Of a stretch of DNA of 64,000 nt, positions 19,167 to 29,705 are shown piece by piece. The position numbers and the translations under genes were made by a program. The stretch comes from a virus. A model generated the notes under the pieces. It saw only the letters and a list, made by a program, of their open reading frames with translations. It was not told the DNA's origin and searched no databases. Location: IMG/VR virus record IMGVR_UViG_3300028844_005445, positions 4,731 through 68,730 of that record; one strand, given 5' to 3'. Within the stretch, counting starts at the first letter, position 1. The number at the start of each line of letters is the position of its first letter.

Positions 19167-22100
19167 TCACTGTAGTACGTAAGGTAAGTACGCGGGTAGA
19201 GTTATTCCTGAGGGATCTACAATAATTTCGTCAGCAATAGGGTTATAATCAATACCATCTTGCTCGGTGTCTGTGAAATCTAGTAGTTCGTTTGACCATG
19301 TTATTGACCGGGCAAACGTACCAGCTGGGATAATTTTTACGAGGTTTTGCCGGATTTTGTTAGAAATATAATTTTGCAATTGTAGAGACCTTATTGAAGA
19401 GTTTCTAACTACTATATCAAACGAGTTTGATTTCCTAGGCGGTATAGAGTGATTAAACATTTTTTCAACAACATCAATATAATTTTTTCTTTTGGTTGGT
19501 ACTGACCAATTCATCGATGATAGTGGTTGATATTTTCTCATTATGTTTAAAATCTCATGGTACTCTAAACATTTAGTGTACATGTTGATGTTTCTAATTT
19601 TGACATCCCGTACTATATATTGCTGTGAACTGTTTAATTTAGCGTATAATAATGTATCATTTAAAAACGGTGTGGCACCGATAATTATTTTTTTGTTCAA
19701 TATATCCGTGAATCTATATTTATGATAATCAAATTTATATATATGATCATGGTGCAACTGCCCATTCACCCACATTTCAATTTGTCCTTTGTTGTTGTTA
19801 ATATTTAATGTGATGTTAAAATACCCGGTATAGGGGTAAGGGCTTATATCATCTAGATCTATTTTAAAATTAAGCGCGGCTGGATAATATTTTTTAAACA
19901 TTGGCTGTAGGTTTAACTTACAATTCAAGTTATTTTCCGTGTATCTTTGAAAATTTAGTACAGAATATTCATAATGATTTATCAGTTGTGGTAGATTAGA
20001 TATATCGTCAACCACTAAATCGGTCAACTCTACTTGATTCACTAATTTTAAAGTGGTTGTATCAAATACATTACCATTTAATATATTAACAGATTCATTT
20101 ACAATGAAATCAAAGCCTTCTGTCACCAGTTCATAATCCCCATCTAGCACCCGACCGGATGGGTCGTCTCCATCCATTAAACCAATTTCAAATGTTTGTT
20201 CACCGAACCTTGCTGCCCCGTCAACAAACGGGTACAGTACTTGTGTTGATTCGTCGTGACCGGATAAATCATCATATATTACAGAATTTGTATTTGTGAA
20301 TCTGGATCTGTTATATATATTACCACCAGAAATCCATGGAGATGCCATTCTAAAATCTGAAGAGCCTTTGTCATTAGTGGGGTGATTAGTGGGGCCTATC
20401 TGTAGTTGTAATACATCTGTACCTGCCGTGTTAGTTAAAACACAGCATCTGTCAACTATTTTACCGGGTAAAGTTTTGTCAAAATCTCGGGTAATTACTA
20501 AACTAACAGCTTGTTGATTTTCTAATTCGGTTGTGTTCAACAGCTTACGAGTAGATGTGTATGTTGATATTTTGTTCTCACCATGAATCACCCATACCTT
20601 TTCTTCTGAATCTATAGCATAATCTATAATAGATAATGGTAAACTCGAATCTAGTAAATTGTTATCTGTGAGTAAACCTGTTAAGAGTTGTAGTTTTGAT
20701 TTGTCAAAACAATATATCGCGTCATGATTGACCTGTAAACCAGAGATTGGGTCAGAAGATCCCTTGACCAAGGTCCATATATATTTTTGACTATTTTTAC
20801 TAATATCACCAGTTGTCAAGTACAACGTTCTGACCTGTGAATAATCTCCGTGACCATCTGATATATTGATTTGATCTGGAGGGGTGTCATGACCCAGTGT
20901 TCTACCCCGATTTTTTAATTGATTAGCATTTATAAATTCTGGATGAACCGGGGTGTTAAACACTTTGCAACCTTCATCTAACACGGTGAATAGTTTAGAT
21001 ACCATATCAAAAGTGTGTATTATGTAATCATTTTTTGTAGTACCAGTATGGGATAGTATATAAATATATCTTTCATCCCAACAAATTGATTTGAGAGTAG
21101 GTAGGAAACCATGTTCAGATTCATACTTTGAAGCGAACTCTAGAAACCATTGGTTGTAATTAGACAGTACAATGCCATCATGTGTCAATTCTAAAATACT
21201 TCCTGTGGTATTTACAGCGAATATATTTTCCGGTAGTTCTCTTAATACCACGGTGTGAAACAACCCGGGTTGTTGATCGTCAGTTAAAAAATTATCGTTT
21301 GTTATATAGTTATACAATTGAAAATCGTTGTTGTATATTCTGATACTAGTGTTTTGTTTTTGATTGTTGACCGGTTGCCCATCAGCTCCTAGTAAAAACA
21401 TGAATGGACTTACATCATTTCTTTGGAAAAAACCTATACCTGTAGATGTATAATTACCAATTAGTTGGTGGTTTTGTACTTCTTTAAAATTGTGTAAGTC
21501 TATATCATATGATAACGAGAACTGCTCTACATCTTGTAGTTTTTGACCACTAACAAGCTCACCTATATATTCTCCATCAAATATATATTCATCATTTGTA
21601 ATGCCTCCGGGTTTATTAGATATAGTTTTGTAGTTATCAATACCTTGTTGTATGTGATGAGGTTCAAGAGTTGAGAGATTGTTTTTTATATCTGTTTCAC
21701 TAATTCGGTGGTAGGCGTAACTCATTCCAGGTTCTAGTGTGAGTTTACTTGGCAAATCAGTCACCTCTCCATCACCAGATTCAAACACATCTAAGCTACT
21801 AGTTGTGTATTTATTATGTACAAAGTCTGTAATTTCTATTAAAGCATCTACATAACCTAGTTTACTCGGATTATAATATCTATCTACCCATATGGGTTTG
21901 TGTGTTGGATCATCACCACCAGATAACCAAGTACACAGCCACGTACCTAGTTGTTCTTCATGGGATTTACCCCATTTGGTTGTGAGACTATACAAATCAT
22001 TAGCTTTCTGTTGTTTGAATATTTTATCTGACTGAGCTGGGTTTGCGCCTGCTATAGACCCAGAGCTAGTGATAGTTGTATCATTTATGTTAATTTTATT

Positions 22101-23417
22101 ATATATACCAAGGTCTTGCGGTGTGTTAAAGTAGTTCAACCCGGGGTTGAATTCGTACATGTGACTACCCGTTGAATATTCGAGGGAGATATTACTGGTA
22201 CCTTCTAGTTGATTGGTACCGGTTTCGATTTTATTATAAGCCCTATTGGAGTAAACACTTTGTTTTCGAGGATCTAGTTCATTCCCGGTGGTTATACCTT
22301 CTGATGTTTGATCGTTTTTTAAACTGTAAAAGTTAATAGGTATTGATTCTCCAGTCAAATAATAATATTCACTATGTACTAGCATGTTTGTGTGATGTGG
22401 CATGGATTTATTAGAAACATCTAAGTTATTGTTAGATATTGATGTCTCGTAGTTGTTCACAGTGGGTATTAATTTTCTGTATGTTTTTCTCTGGTAAGGT
22501 TTTCTTACTCTAACAGTACTATACTCTGTCAATTCATTTACAGTCAAGTTACTCTCATCCGGCGTATCATCATTATCTGGAGTGATCACCTGTTCTAATC
22601 GGATGGGATTTGATTCTGGAGAATTTTGTATCTCTTCTGGTGTTAACATTTTTAACACGTGCGCGCTACCGTTATATTTTTTATATATTCTTAACAGACC
22701 ATTAGGTAATTTGGTATACTGAAATTTTATTTTATCACCGCCATCTTTTTCAATTTGATCTAGTAGATCTTCAAAACCTTGTTCATGGTCAACCTTTATA
22801 AACTTTAAAATTTCACTTACATTATCTTTTTGAGACAGGTACCATCTCGTGTCATTTTCTAAATGATATATATAACAATCAACAGCATTTATATACATTA
22901 TATTGAAATAAAACCTTTGAGGTAAGCTAGGTTCTGTTCTTCTAGATAGAAATTTTTCTGCATATAGTAAACGGGTCGAGTCATTGTCACTATCCAATGT
23001 AACTTTATCTGTTATTGTCAAGTATGTTGCTTCTGTATTGTTGTTACCAGATACAGCACTAAGCGCTGTTGTTGCTGAAACACTTGTTAGACAAGACGCG
23101 GATACAGCTGATAATCCGGTGAATGGATCAGATTCCAGTGAATTGAAGCATAAATATGTTGTATTATTTACAGGGTATTCAAAAGGAATTTCCTTTATAT
23201 CAAAATTGTCAATCACATTTGTTTCATCTGTTAATGTAAAGGATGAATACTTATTAATTGATACATCCTTCACATTATACATAAAATTATGATATTCAAA
23301 GTTATAACCTTGTTCAAAAGTTAACCCTTCTTTATGTGTCACAATTGTAGGGTCAAGTTTGTAGTCCGCGATTAACGGGGGCATCACTATTATACCATCT
23401 ATTGTAAAGGACTGCAT
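19167..23417 (-). CDS. large virion structural protein (baseplate/fibre-like; LamG-like C-terminal region)
   Basis: 1416 aa; ATAAATA upstream; ITLNINNNKGQIEMWVNG...IIIGA resembles LamG. Confidence 0.65.
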   Translation of the reverse strand: MQSFTIDGIIVMPPLIADYKLDPTIVTHKEGLTFEQGYNFEYHNFMYNVKDVSINKYSSFTLTDETNVIDNFDIKEIPFEYPVNNTTYLCFNSLESDPFTGLSAVSASCLTSVSATTALSAVSGNNNTEATYLTITDKVTLDSDNDSTRLLYAEKFLSRRTEPSLPQRFYFNIMYINAVDCYIYHLENDTRWYLSQKDNVSEILKFIKVDHEQGFEDLLDQIEKDGGDKIKFQYTKLPNGLLRIYKKYNGSAHVLKMLTPEEIQNSPESNPIRLEQVITPDNDDTPDESNLTVNELTEYSTVRVRKPYQRKTYRKLIPTVNNYETSISNNNLDVSNKSMPHHTNMLVHSEYYYLTGESIPINFYSLKNDQTSEGITTGNELDPRKQSVYSNRAYNKIETGTNQLEGTSNISLEYSTGSHMYEFNPGLNYFNTPQDLGIYNKININDTTITSSGSIAGANPAQSDKIFKQQKANDLYSLTTKWGKSHEEQLGTWLCTWLSGGDDPTHKPIWVDRYYNPSKLGYVDALIEITDFVHNKYTTSSLDVFESGDGEVTDLPSKLTLEPGMSYAYHRISETDIKNNLSTLEPHHIQQGIDNYKTISNKPGGITNDEYIFDGEYIGELVSGQKLQDVEQFSLSYDIDLHNFKEVQNHQLIGNYTSTGIGFFQRNDVSPFMFLLGADGQPVNNQKQNTSIRIYNNDFQLYNYITNDNFLTDDQQPGLFHTVVLRELPENIFAVNTTGSILELTHDGIVLSNYNQWFLEFASKYESEHGFLPTLKSICWDERYIYILSHTGTTKNDYIIHTFDMVSKLFTVLDEGCKVFNTPVHPEFINANQLKNRGRTLGHDTPPDQINISDGHGDYSQVRTLYLTTGDISKNSQKYIWTLVKGSSDPISGLQVNHDAIYCFDKSKLQLLTGLLTDNNLLDSSLPLSIIDYAIDSEEKVWVIHGENKISTYTSTRKLLNTTELENQQAVSLVITRDFDKTLPGKIVDRCCVLTNTAGTDVLQLQIGPTNHPTNDKGSSDFRMASPWISGGNIYNRSRFTNTNSVIYDDLSGHDESTQVLYPFVDGAARFGEQTFEIGLMDGDDPSGRVLDGDYELVTEGFDFIVNESVNILNGNVFDTTTLKLVNQVELTDLVVDDISNLPQLINHYEYSVLNFQRYTENNLNCKLNLQPMFKKYYPAALNFKIDLDDISPYPYTGYFNITLNINNNKGQIEMWVNGQLHHDHIYKFDYHKYRFTDILNKKIIIGATPFLNDTLLYAKLNSSQQYIVRDVKIRNINMYTKCLEYHEILNIMRKYQPLSSMNWSVPTKRKNYIDVVEKMFNHSIPPRKSNSFDIVVRNSSIRSLQLQNYISNKIRQNLVKIIPAGTFARSITWSNELLDFTDTEQDGIDYNPIADEIIVDPSGITLPAYLPYVLQ

Positions 23418-23427
23418 ATTGTATTAT

Positions 23428-24156
23428 TTATGACCCAGTAACAGTTGTACCAGTAGTAGCTGTTGTGGCTGTAGTAAATGTACCAGTAGTAGCTGTTGTG
23501 GCTGTAGTAAATGTACCAGTAGTAGCTGTTGTGGCTGTAGTAGATGTACCAGTAGTAGCTGATATAGCTGTAAATCCATCAGATGTTATCACCTCGACAA
23601 AAGATTGGTTATTACCGTATGCATGGTCTGATGCTAAATAATAACCCGCAGGTCCTTGTAATATAATATCAATCTTACCAGGTAGTTGTGGAGCCGGGAG
23701 AGTTATCACAATATTGTTTATATTATTCACAGTCCATGTCTCTAGTTGTATACCTGTGAACGGAGGGTATTCACTTTTTAATCGGTTGTTATAATTAAGG
23801 TCGAAGTGATTATATTCTTTTGCAGAGAGTGGAAACATATCAAAATTATCTGCGCTCAAGTATATATTAGACATGTAATGCATGTTGTACCCTTCTAAAT
23901 ACAATTTACGAGTTTGACCGGTTTTTATATCTAGATCCTTTTTCTTTTTCTCAGGATCAAAAGTCATCCAGGATACACTCGGAGCTCCCCGAGAAGTGCC
24001 CTGTCGATTATCAGTGTAACTACCTTTTTTATCTTTAGCATTAAATTCAGTTACATCGTTTAGGTACTGTTGATCTTTTACCGGATTGAGAGGTAATATA
24101 TGTCTCTTTTCATTCTCGTCTCCCCAATCAGTAATATCTTTCGAGTTAACTCCCAT
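23428..24156 (-). CDS. virion protein with Thr-rich repeat tail
   Basis: Ig/IPT-like segment then (TTATTATTGTF)n. Confidence 0.7.
   Translation of the reverse strand: MGVNSKDITDWGDENEKRHILPLNPVKDQQYLNDVTEFNAKDKKGSYTDNRQGTSRGAPSVSWMTFDPEKKKKDLDIKTGQTRKLYLEGYNMHYMSNIYLSADNFDMFPLSAKEYNHFDLNYNNRLKSEYPPFTGIQLETWTVNNINNIVITLPAPQLPGKIDIILQGPAGYYLASDHAYGNNQSFVEVITSDGFTAISATTGTSTTATTATTGTFTTATTATTGTFTTATTATTGTTVTGS
23446..23561. repeat. 33-bp coding tandem repeat, ~3.5 copies
   Basis: tgtaccagtagtagctgttgtggctgtagtaaa units. Confidence 0.92.
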
Positions 24157-24158
24157 AA

Positions 24159-24881
24159 TTAGTTGTTGTTTGTAGTTTTATAATCGTTCAAATTACCGTT
24201 GTCTAGATCATCAATAGATGTTACAGATACAAAATTAGATTCTATATCAAACACAGTACCAATACCATTCGCCGGTGGTTTTGTGAATAACCAGCCTTTG
24301 ATTGTGAATCCTGTACTAGCAGAAACTCTCCATGGTGTTTTACCGTCTAGTTCCTTAGGATAATCTAAATTGATAGACCCGTCCCACAACACTTCTGATC
24401 TCAATTCCTGTATTGGTGCATCTTTGTCTATGATAGGGTCTAGATAATTGTCACCTTGTGGTATTTTCCATGATAATATTATATATGGGTTACAGTAAGG
24501 AGCAAAGTTGGTTACGATTTGATCCATGTCTTGTTGATATTTTGTCATGATGTTCATTGTAACTTCTAAATTCACCGGGTTGACCGGTGGTATTTTATCG
24601 TAAACACTTCTCATACCTTCTGGAGAATATCGTTGGGGGTGATGAAAACCTTCAATTTTATTGAATACTCTTCCCGGGTCTCTAGTTATACTCTCTAGAC
24701 TCACCGTCACCACCGGGAGCGTTATATGCTGACTTTTATTATGCGCGTATACATATCTAACTTCAAAACTCTTCTCCGGTTGTCTCTGTTGGTTGAACCT
24801 TTTAACCACCCCTTCATCAAAAGCTGATAGGAATTGAGTGATTAAATCTTTGATCTCGAAATTGTATGTATGGTACCTCAC
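24159..24881 (-). CDS. tail terminator/sheath stabiliser (T4 gp15-like)
   Basis: ITLP..RDP.R..NK, PVNLEVTMNIMTKYQQDMDQIV, FTIKGWLF; ATAAATA upstream. Confidence 0.8.
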   Translation of the reverse strand: MRYHTYNFEIKDLITQFLSAFDEGVVKRFNQQRQPEKSFEVRYVYAHNKSQHITLPVVTVSLESITRDPGRVFNKIEGFHHPQRYSPEGMRSVYDKIPPVNPVNLEVTMNIMTKYQQDMDQIVTNFAPYCNPYIILSWKIPQGDNYLDPIIDKDAPIQELRSEVLWDGSINLDYPKELDGKTPWRVSASTGFTIKGWLFTKPPANGIGTVFDIESNFVSVTSIDDLDNGNLNDYKTTNNN

Positions 24882-24892
24882 GTAATTATTTA

Positions 24893-26506
24893 TTACGCGA
24901 ACCTATGTAAGAAATGTTTTGGTAGTTTATGTTTACATTTAGGTATCACACGTGTCGACATACCATCTAGTATATACGTAACAGAATAGTCGTTTTTGTT
25001 CCTAGTAGCTCGACCACACGCTTGTACTAACGAGTTCAACATTTTATTTTCATACCACTCCGGGTCGGATTCAAATAGTCTTTTGATCCGTTTGTCATGT
25101 AACGGTAGATACGGTAACTTTATTATTATTTGAAATCTAGCCAAGTCATCCTTTAAATCTACACCATACGTTAAAGATGGTGAAACAAGTACTGATGATT
25201 GTCCAGGTTGACTATGTATATCGAGTATGTCTTCATTACTCACACCAGGTTCTCTGAATATTAATCGATCGTTACTAGGGTCTGGATTATGGTCCTTTAT
25301 ATACTGTGTAATTTCATGTGTATGTGTGTGTATGATTCCTTTTTCATCTGCATGTGTATGTAGTATAGGTGTTATATTTTCTATTATTTTAGGTAGATAA
25401 TTAACCATTGTTTTTCTACTTAATGGGTATTTAGAAGAAACATATATCGGTGATCTTTCGCTATCGAAGGTTGAATCAACCTCTATATATTCATAATCTG
25501 TGATCCCTAGACTCTTTGCAAAACTTTTTGAGTCAATGATTGTAGCGCTCATGAGCAATTGCTTGTCACCGGATGACAATATCTTTTTAGCTAGAACATC
25601 TACATATAATGGTGTAAGAGATACACGATTATAGTCTTTTTCTACAACATATTCACATTCATAAAAATTATTAGCACATACAGTTACATGTGATAACAGC
25701 TGATTAATAAACCTATATTTAGTTTGTGATCGAGGAGACCATTGCGTCTTTTTTTGTAGTGTACGTTGTAAGTAAATTCTCTGCTCTTGTAAGGTTTGTA
25801 CAAGATCATCTAACCAAGCATAAACACTCAACGGTTCATTAGATGTTAATTTATTTACAGCTATATTGGCGCGCTTAAGTTTTTCATACTCAATAGTACA
25901 ACTGAATTGAGATACTAATTCGTCTTCTAGTTCGCTAGCCTCGTCACATATGAGATAGTTTTTACCTTTTATATGATCTGGTAAGTTCATAAACATTTTA
26001 TAGTTTGTGACTCCGAATGTTGAGACAAGCAAATCTCTCCGGTCGTTATAATAATTACATTTATGATTAGTTCGATGAGATTGTAATAACTTTCTAGGCA
26101 TTACAGCGGATTCGATCTCTACATCCATAGTAGAATCTATAGTACTCAAGTAATTGTTTTTACCTTTCAGACTAGGGCAGTCAAATAAAGTAACATATTG
26201 ATCTTGTAACGCTTTGGTTATGGTTAATACAAAACCACCATGTGGTTCAAACTGACTCTCGTGTGTATACTGCCCATGATGATCCACATCAAATGCTGTG
26301 TAATTGTATATACTATCACGCTTATCTTGTGTTAATATATTAGAACTATTTGCGAGTGTTGAAGCAAAAAAACTTTTACCGGTGCCTGTCGGTGCAGTTA
26401 ATATTACAGTTTTACTCTTTTCAAACGCGTTTTGAATTTTATCTAATGCTTTAGACTGACTCAACGTAGGTTCATAACCACTAGGAAAGTAATTTCTTAA
26501 ATCCAC
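24893..26506 (-). CDS. DinG/Rad3-like SF2 helicase
   Basis: APTGTGKS, DEAS, MSAT, GVDL, KLPY, QACGRATR. Confidence 0.88.
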   Translation of the reverse strand: MDLRNYFPSGYEPTLSQSKALDKIQNAFEKSKTVILTAPTGTGKSFFASTLANSSNILTQDKRDSIYNYTAFDVDHHGQYTHESQFEPHGGFVLTITKALQDQYVTLFDCPSLKGKNNYLSTIDSTMDVEIESAVMPRKLLQSHRTNHKCNYYNDRRDLLVSTFGVTNYKMFMNLPDHIKGKNYLICDEASELEDELVSQFSCTIEYEKLKRANIAVNKLTSNEPLSVYAWLDDLVQTLQEQRIYLQRTLQKKTQWSPRSQTKYRFINQLLSHVTVCANNFYECEYVVEKDYNRVSLTPLYVDVLAKKILSSGDKQLLMSATIIDSKSFAKSLGITDYEYIEVDSTFDSERSPIYVSSKYPLSRKTMVNYLPKIIENITPILHTHADEKGIIHTHTHEITQYIKDHNPDPSNDRLIFREPGVSNEDILDIHSQPGQSSVLVSPSLTYGVDLKDDLARFQIIIKLPYLPLHDKRIKRLFESDPEWYENKMLNSLVQACGRATRNKNDYSVTYILDGMSTRVIPKCKHKLPKHFLHRFA

Positions 26507-26534
26507 AATATATATTGTAAGTTACAAACCAGGT

Positions 26535-26891
26535 TCAGTCAACAGCTTTTATAAACACTTTGTTAGTTAAAAATCTATGAGGTTTTTTTGTGGGTACAGT
26601 TGTATTTATTCTGTCTAGAAGAACTTGCCGCGGAGTTAAATTAGCTATACTATAATCAAATACAACATGCTTATTATTTGGTTCATTTATATATTGTATA
26701 TCAAATGGGTATGGTAATTCGTACGATTTTATGGTTTTGTTCTCTAGTTGTAATGTTAAACATATAACCGATGATTTATGTGACAGTAATAACAATTTGC
26801 CGGTTTTTATAACCTTTCGGTTGAATATGATTTCAATTTCATGTTGCAGTAACTCAATAAACTGCTTCTCAATATTTTCTGAAACTAACAT
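26535..26891 (-). CDS. hypothetical protein
   Basis: 118 aa ORF in operon. Confidence 0.65.
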   Translation of the reverse strand: MLVSENIEKQFIELLQHEIEIIFNRKVIKTGKLLLLSHKSSVICLTLQLENKTIKSYELPYPFDIQYINEPNNKHVVFDYSIANLTPRQVLLDRINTTVPTKKPHRFLTNKVFIKAVD

Positions 26892-26895
26892 AGTA

Positions 26896-27267
26896 CTATG
26901 AATTCATGAAATCTAGTTTTTGACCTTGGTCCATTGTGAGAAAGGTCGTGTTGAATACCTCCCAGAATGTATCGTTTCCTGGGTAAGAGTTTACTATGGT
27001 CACACTCTCCGCGCTTACCATTCTAAAATCTTGCATCAGTATGTCCCAGGCCATGCTCAAATTTTTACCGACCATATTGTAGGGACTGGTGTTTGATGGT
27101 GGTAAGTAGTTTAGTACAGTTCTACCATTCGCGCTGTTTAATATAGTAGCGTCCATGGTACACAACATCCTTCTGGTACCCGGTACACCAGCTCGTGGTC
27201 TACGTCTAGTGAATTTTAAATCCAGAACGTTGTTCTGGAGCATGCTGTTGAGCTGACCGGATGTCAT
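26896..27267 (-). CDS. WYL_2/DUF2693-like Sm/SH3-barrel protein
   Basis: LKFTRR..GTRRMLCT...WDI...FR pattern. Confidence 0.6.
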   Translation of the reverse strand: MTSGQLNSMLQNNVLDLKFTRRRPRAGVPGTRRMLCTMDATILNSANGRTVLNYLPPSNTSPYNMVGKNLSMAWDILMQDFRMVSAESVTIVNSYPGNDTFWEVFNTTFLTMDQGQKLDFMNS

Positions 27268-27698
27268 ACTGGATCTGTTGGCTTGAGCTTGTATAGCTTG
27301 CCAAAGATCCGTTGCGCGTTTATAAATTGACCTTTTTTAATAGTAGTAAAGTCTTTACCAGACTTGACAATAACATTACCTACAGGTACTCCCATGTTGT
27401 TAGGAAATGTTACAAAATCCCCGACACTTGTACTTGTTGCTTTGTCTCCCTGTAAAGCAACTCGACCCACTCTCCATGCTTTCGGGTTCGCATTTGCAGG
27501 TATAACTATACCATTCCGTATAATCTCTTCACCAGTTTCAAAACGATCAACAAACTCAACTAACACAATATCATCTTCTAGTGCATCAACTGCATACCCT
27601 TGTAATGTTGAGTCTAGTGAATCATCGTGTGAATTGGACAGATCTATCAAGCTTTTGCTCGGTTCAATAACATCTATATTAGCTTTTTGTTTGCTCAT
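27264..27698 (-). CDS. GroES/gp31-like co-chaperonin
   Basis: DDIVLVE...NGIVIP...GRVALQG...VGDFVTF. Confidence 0.7.
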   Translation of the reverse strand: MSKQKANIDVIEPSKSLIDLSNSHDDSLDSTLQGYAVDALEDDIVLVEFVDRFETGEEIIRNGIVIPANANPKAWRVGRVALQGDKATSTSVGDFVTFPNNMGVPVGNVIVKSGKDFTTIKKGQFINAQRIFGKLYKLKPTDPV

Positions 27699-27716
27699 GT
27701 ATTATGATTTATGGTT

Positions 27717-28082
27717 TCAAGATGATGATATCAACTGCTTATATTCGCGAATCTCTCTTGTAGACAGTTGCATGTTTTTAGCAATCAACTTTGAATCATC
27801 ATCTTGTTCCTTTTCCGGTTTTACTTTTTTGATATAATTGATACGCTTGAACCGTTCACGGGGGATTATATAATGTAAGAATTTGTAATGATCTGATTTG
27901 TTCTCAAAAACTTGATACATCGTGTTTGTTGTGGTATTTACAATTTGACATGTTTGTTTGTTCAACATGCTACACCATCTGTTTATGAGAAACGGTTGAT
28001 AATCACTCTGTTGATCTAATGTCTTTAACTCATTATCTTTTTTTGTGAAGAGTATATTAGAGAGATAGTTAAATATGTTCAT
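27717..28082 (-). CDS. clamp loader small subunit (gp62-like)
   Basis: YQPFLINRWCS...HYKFL...INYIKK. Confidence 0.7.
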   Translation of the reverse strand: MNIFNYLSNILFTKKDNELKTLDQQSDYQPFLINRWCSMLNKQTCQIVNTTTNTMYQVFENKSDHYKFLHYIIPRERFKRINYIKKVKPEKEQDDDSKLIAKNMQLSTREIREYKQLISSS

Positions 28083-29077
28083 TTATTTTTTTGTTCCCAG
28101 CTCCAAGCATCTTTGAGCATAGTTTCTAAATTATGTACAGCTTTCCACCCTAATCGGTTCTGCGCATATGTAGGGTCATTAAAAATGACAGGTAAATCAC
28201 CGGAGCGTTTAGGACCGTATACATGATTGAGCTTAACGTTGTTAACACTTTCAAACGTTTCAACTATTTCTTTTACTGAGTAACCCTGACCTGTTCCGAT
28301 ATTGATAGCATCTATTTTAAATGCTTCGCATTTAGTTACCGCCATGACATGAGCTTTAGCGAGATCAACAACGTGTATATAATCCCTGATACACGTACCA
28401 TCCGGGGTAGCATAATCATTACCATGTACTGTTAGTTGATCTCTTTTACCGATAGCTGTTTGTGTAATATATGGTATTAGATTGTCTGGTGTACCTAGTG
28501 GTAATTCACCAATACATCCAGTAGGGTGAGCTCCGGCGGGATTAAAATATCTTAATAACATAACACCACATTCATGTTCTTTTGTAAAGTTTGTTATCAT
28601 ACTTTCACATACTTGTTTGGTATGACCGTATACACTCCCCGGTGTTTTGATTGGTTCTTGTTCTGTTACCGGAAGATTATCCGGGTCTCCATAAACTGTA
28701 CAACTACTACTAAAAATGATTCGCGGTATGTTCCATTCTTTAATAAACTGTAACAATTTACATGTACCAGTGACATTATTATCATAATATGATAAGGGAA
28801 ATTTTTCACTCTCACCAACACTTTTTTTAGCAGCAAAATGAATCACTGCATCTATTGTATCATATTTAAAGAGTTTAGATCTCAAATCAGAAAGATCTCT
28901 GATGTCAGCATTTTCAAAGTCCGGGCGAGTCCCAGTTATTTGCTGTATACCAGTCAGTACATCGGTATTAGCATTAGTACAGTTATCTACTATAACAACT
29001 TCATGACCAGTTTGTTGTAATTCAACAACTGTATGACTCCCTATAAAACCTAAACCACCTGTGACTAAGATTTTCAC
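28079..29077 (-). CDS. galE: UDP-glucose 4-epimerase
   Basis: VTGGLGFIGSH, HFAAKKSVGES, FSSSCTVYG, YGHTK, LRYFNPAGAH, RDYIHVVDLA. Confidence 0.95.
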   Translation of the reverse strand: MKILVTGGLGFIGSHTVVELQQTGHEVVIVDNCTNANTDVLTGIQQITGTRPDFENADIRDLSDLRSKLFKYDTIDAVIHFAAKKSVGESEKFPLSYYDNNVTGTCKLLQFIKEWNIPRIIFSSSCTVYGDPDNLPVTEQEPIKTPGSVYGHTKQVCESMITNFTKEHECGVMLLRYFNPAGAHPTGCIGELPLGTPDNLIPYITQTAIGKRDQLTVHGNDYATPDGTCIRDYIHVVDLAKAHVMAVTKCEAFKIDAINIGTGQGYSVKEIVETFESVNNVKLNHVYGPKRSGDLPVIFNDPTYAQNRLGWKAVHNLETMLKDAWSWEQKNK

Positions 29078-29667
29078 TTGACTATAGTTTTAGTAGTAGC
29101 TAGAAACATATCATCATTCATTTGATAAAACATATCCACTACATCTCTCATGAATTGTTCGGCTTGTCTGTTGTCTAGATTTGTAGAATATGCGTGATCG
29201 GGAGCTTTATTTCCAGCGTGTATATTGATACCAGTATGACCTAAACTTACTCGATCTCTAACATATGTTATACTAACACTGCATTTGCCTTTGTTTTGAT
29301 ATACACCATTCTGTTCGTGTTCTTTATGTACAATCAAATCATCACCATCCACTTCGATAGGTGCATTCAAGTACTTACTGCTGAGTATATTCGCAATGTT
29401 TGTGTTGAACAAACGCTGCCATGCAACAGCACCAAACGGGTCATTCAAGCAGGGTATTTCCCACAAAAAGTTAATAGCATCATCACTATATATAAACTCA
29501 TTTTTAATTATATCTTCACTATCGATCATCCCATCCGCTTCAACAAGCATCGGACTTCTAAACGCAATAATATTACCGATAGGTAATGTTTTTTCTCTAA
29601 AAATTTTATAAGCAAATCTAGAATGCAATAGGGAGCCATCATAGTTTTCAATTGTTTTGATAATCAT
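29074..29667 (-). CDS. DUF366-like protein (biotin/lipoate ligase-like fold)
   Basis: YDGSLL..FAY, MID.ED, GDDL, K.SVSI, GHTGINI. Confidence 0.7.
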   Translation of the reverse strand: MIIKTIENYDGSLLHSRFAYKIFREKTLPIGNIIAFRSPMLVEADGMIDSEDIIKNEFIYSDDAINFLWEIPCLNDPFGAVAWQRLFNTNIANILSSKYLNAPIEVDGDDLIVHKEHEQNGVYQNKGKCSVSITYVRDRVSLGHTGINIHAGNKAPDHAYSTNLDNRQAEQFMRDVVDMFYQMNDDMFLATTKTIVK

Positions 29668-29705
29668 ACTTAATATTATAGATTATTTTGATGAGACATC
29701 AACTG

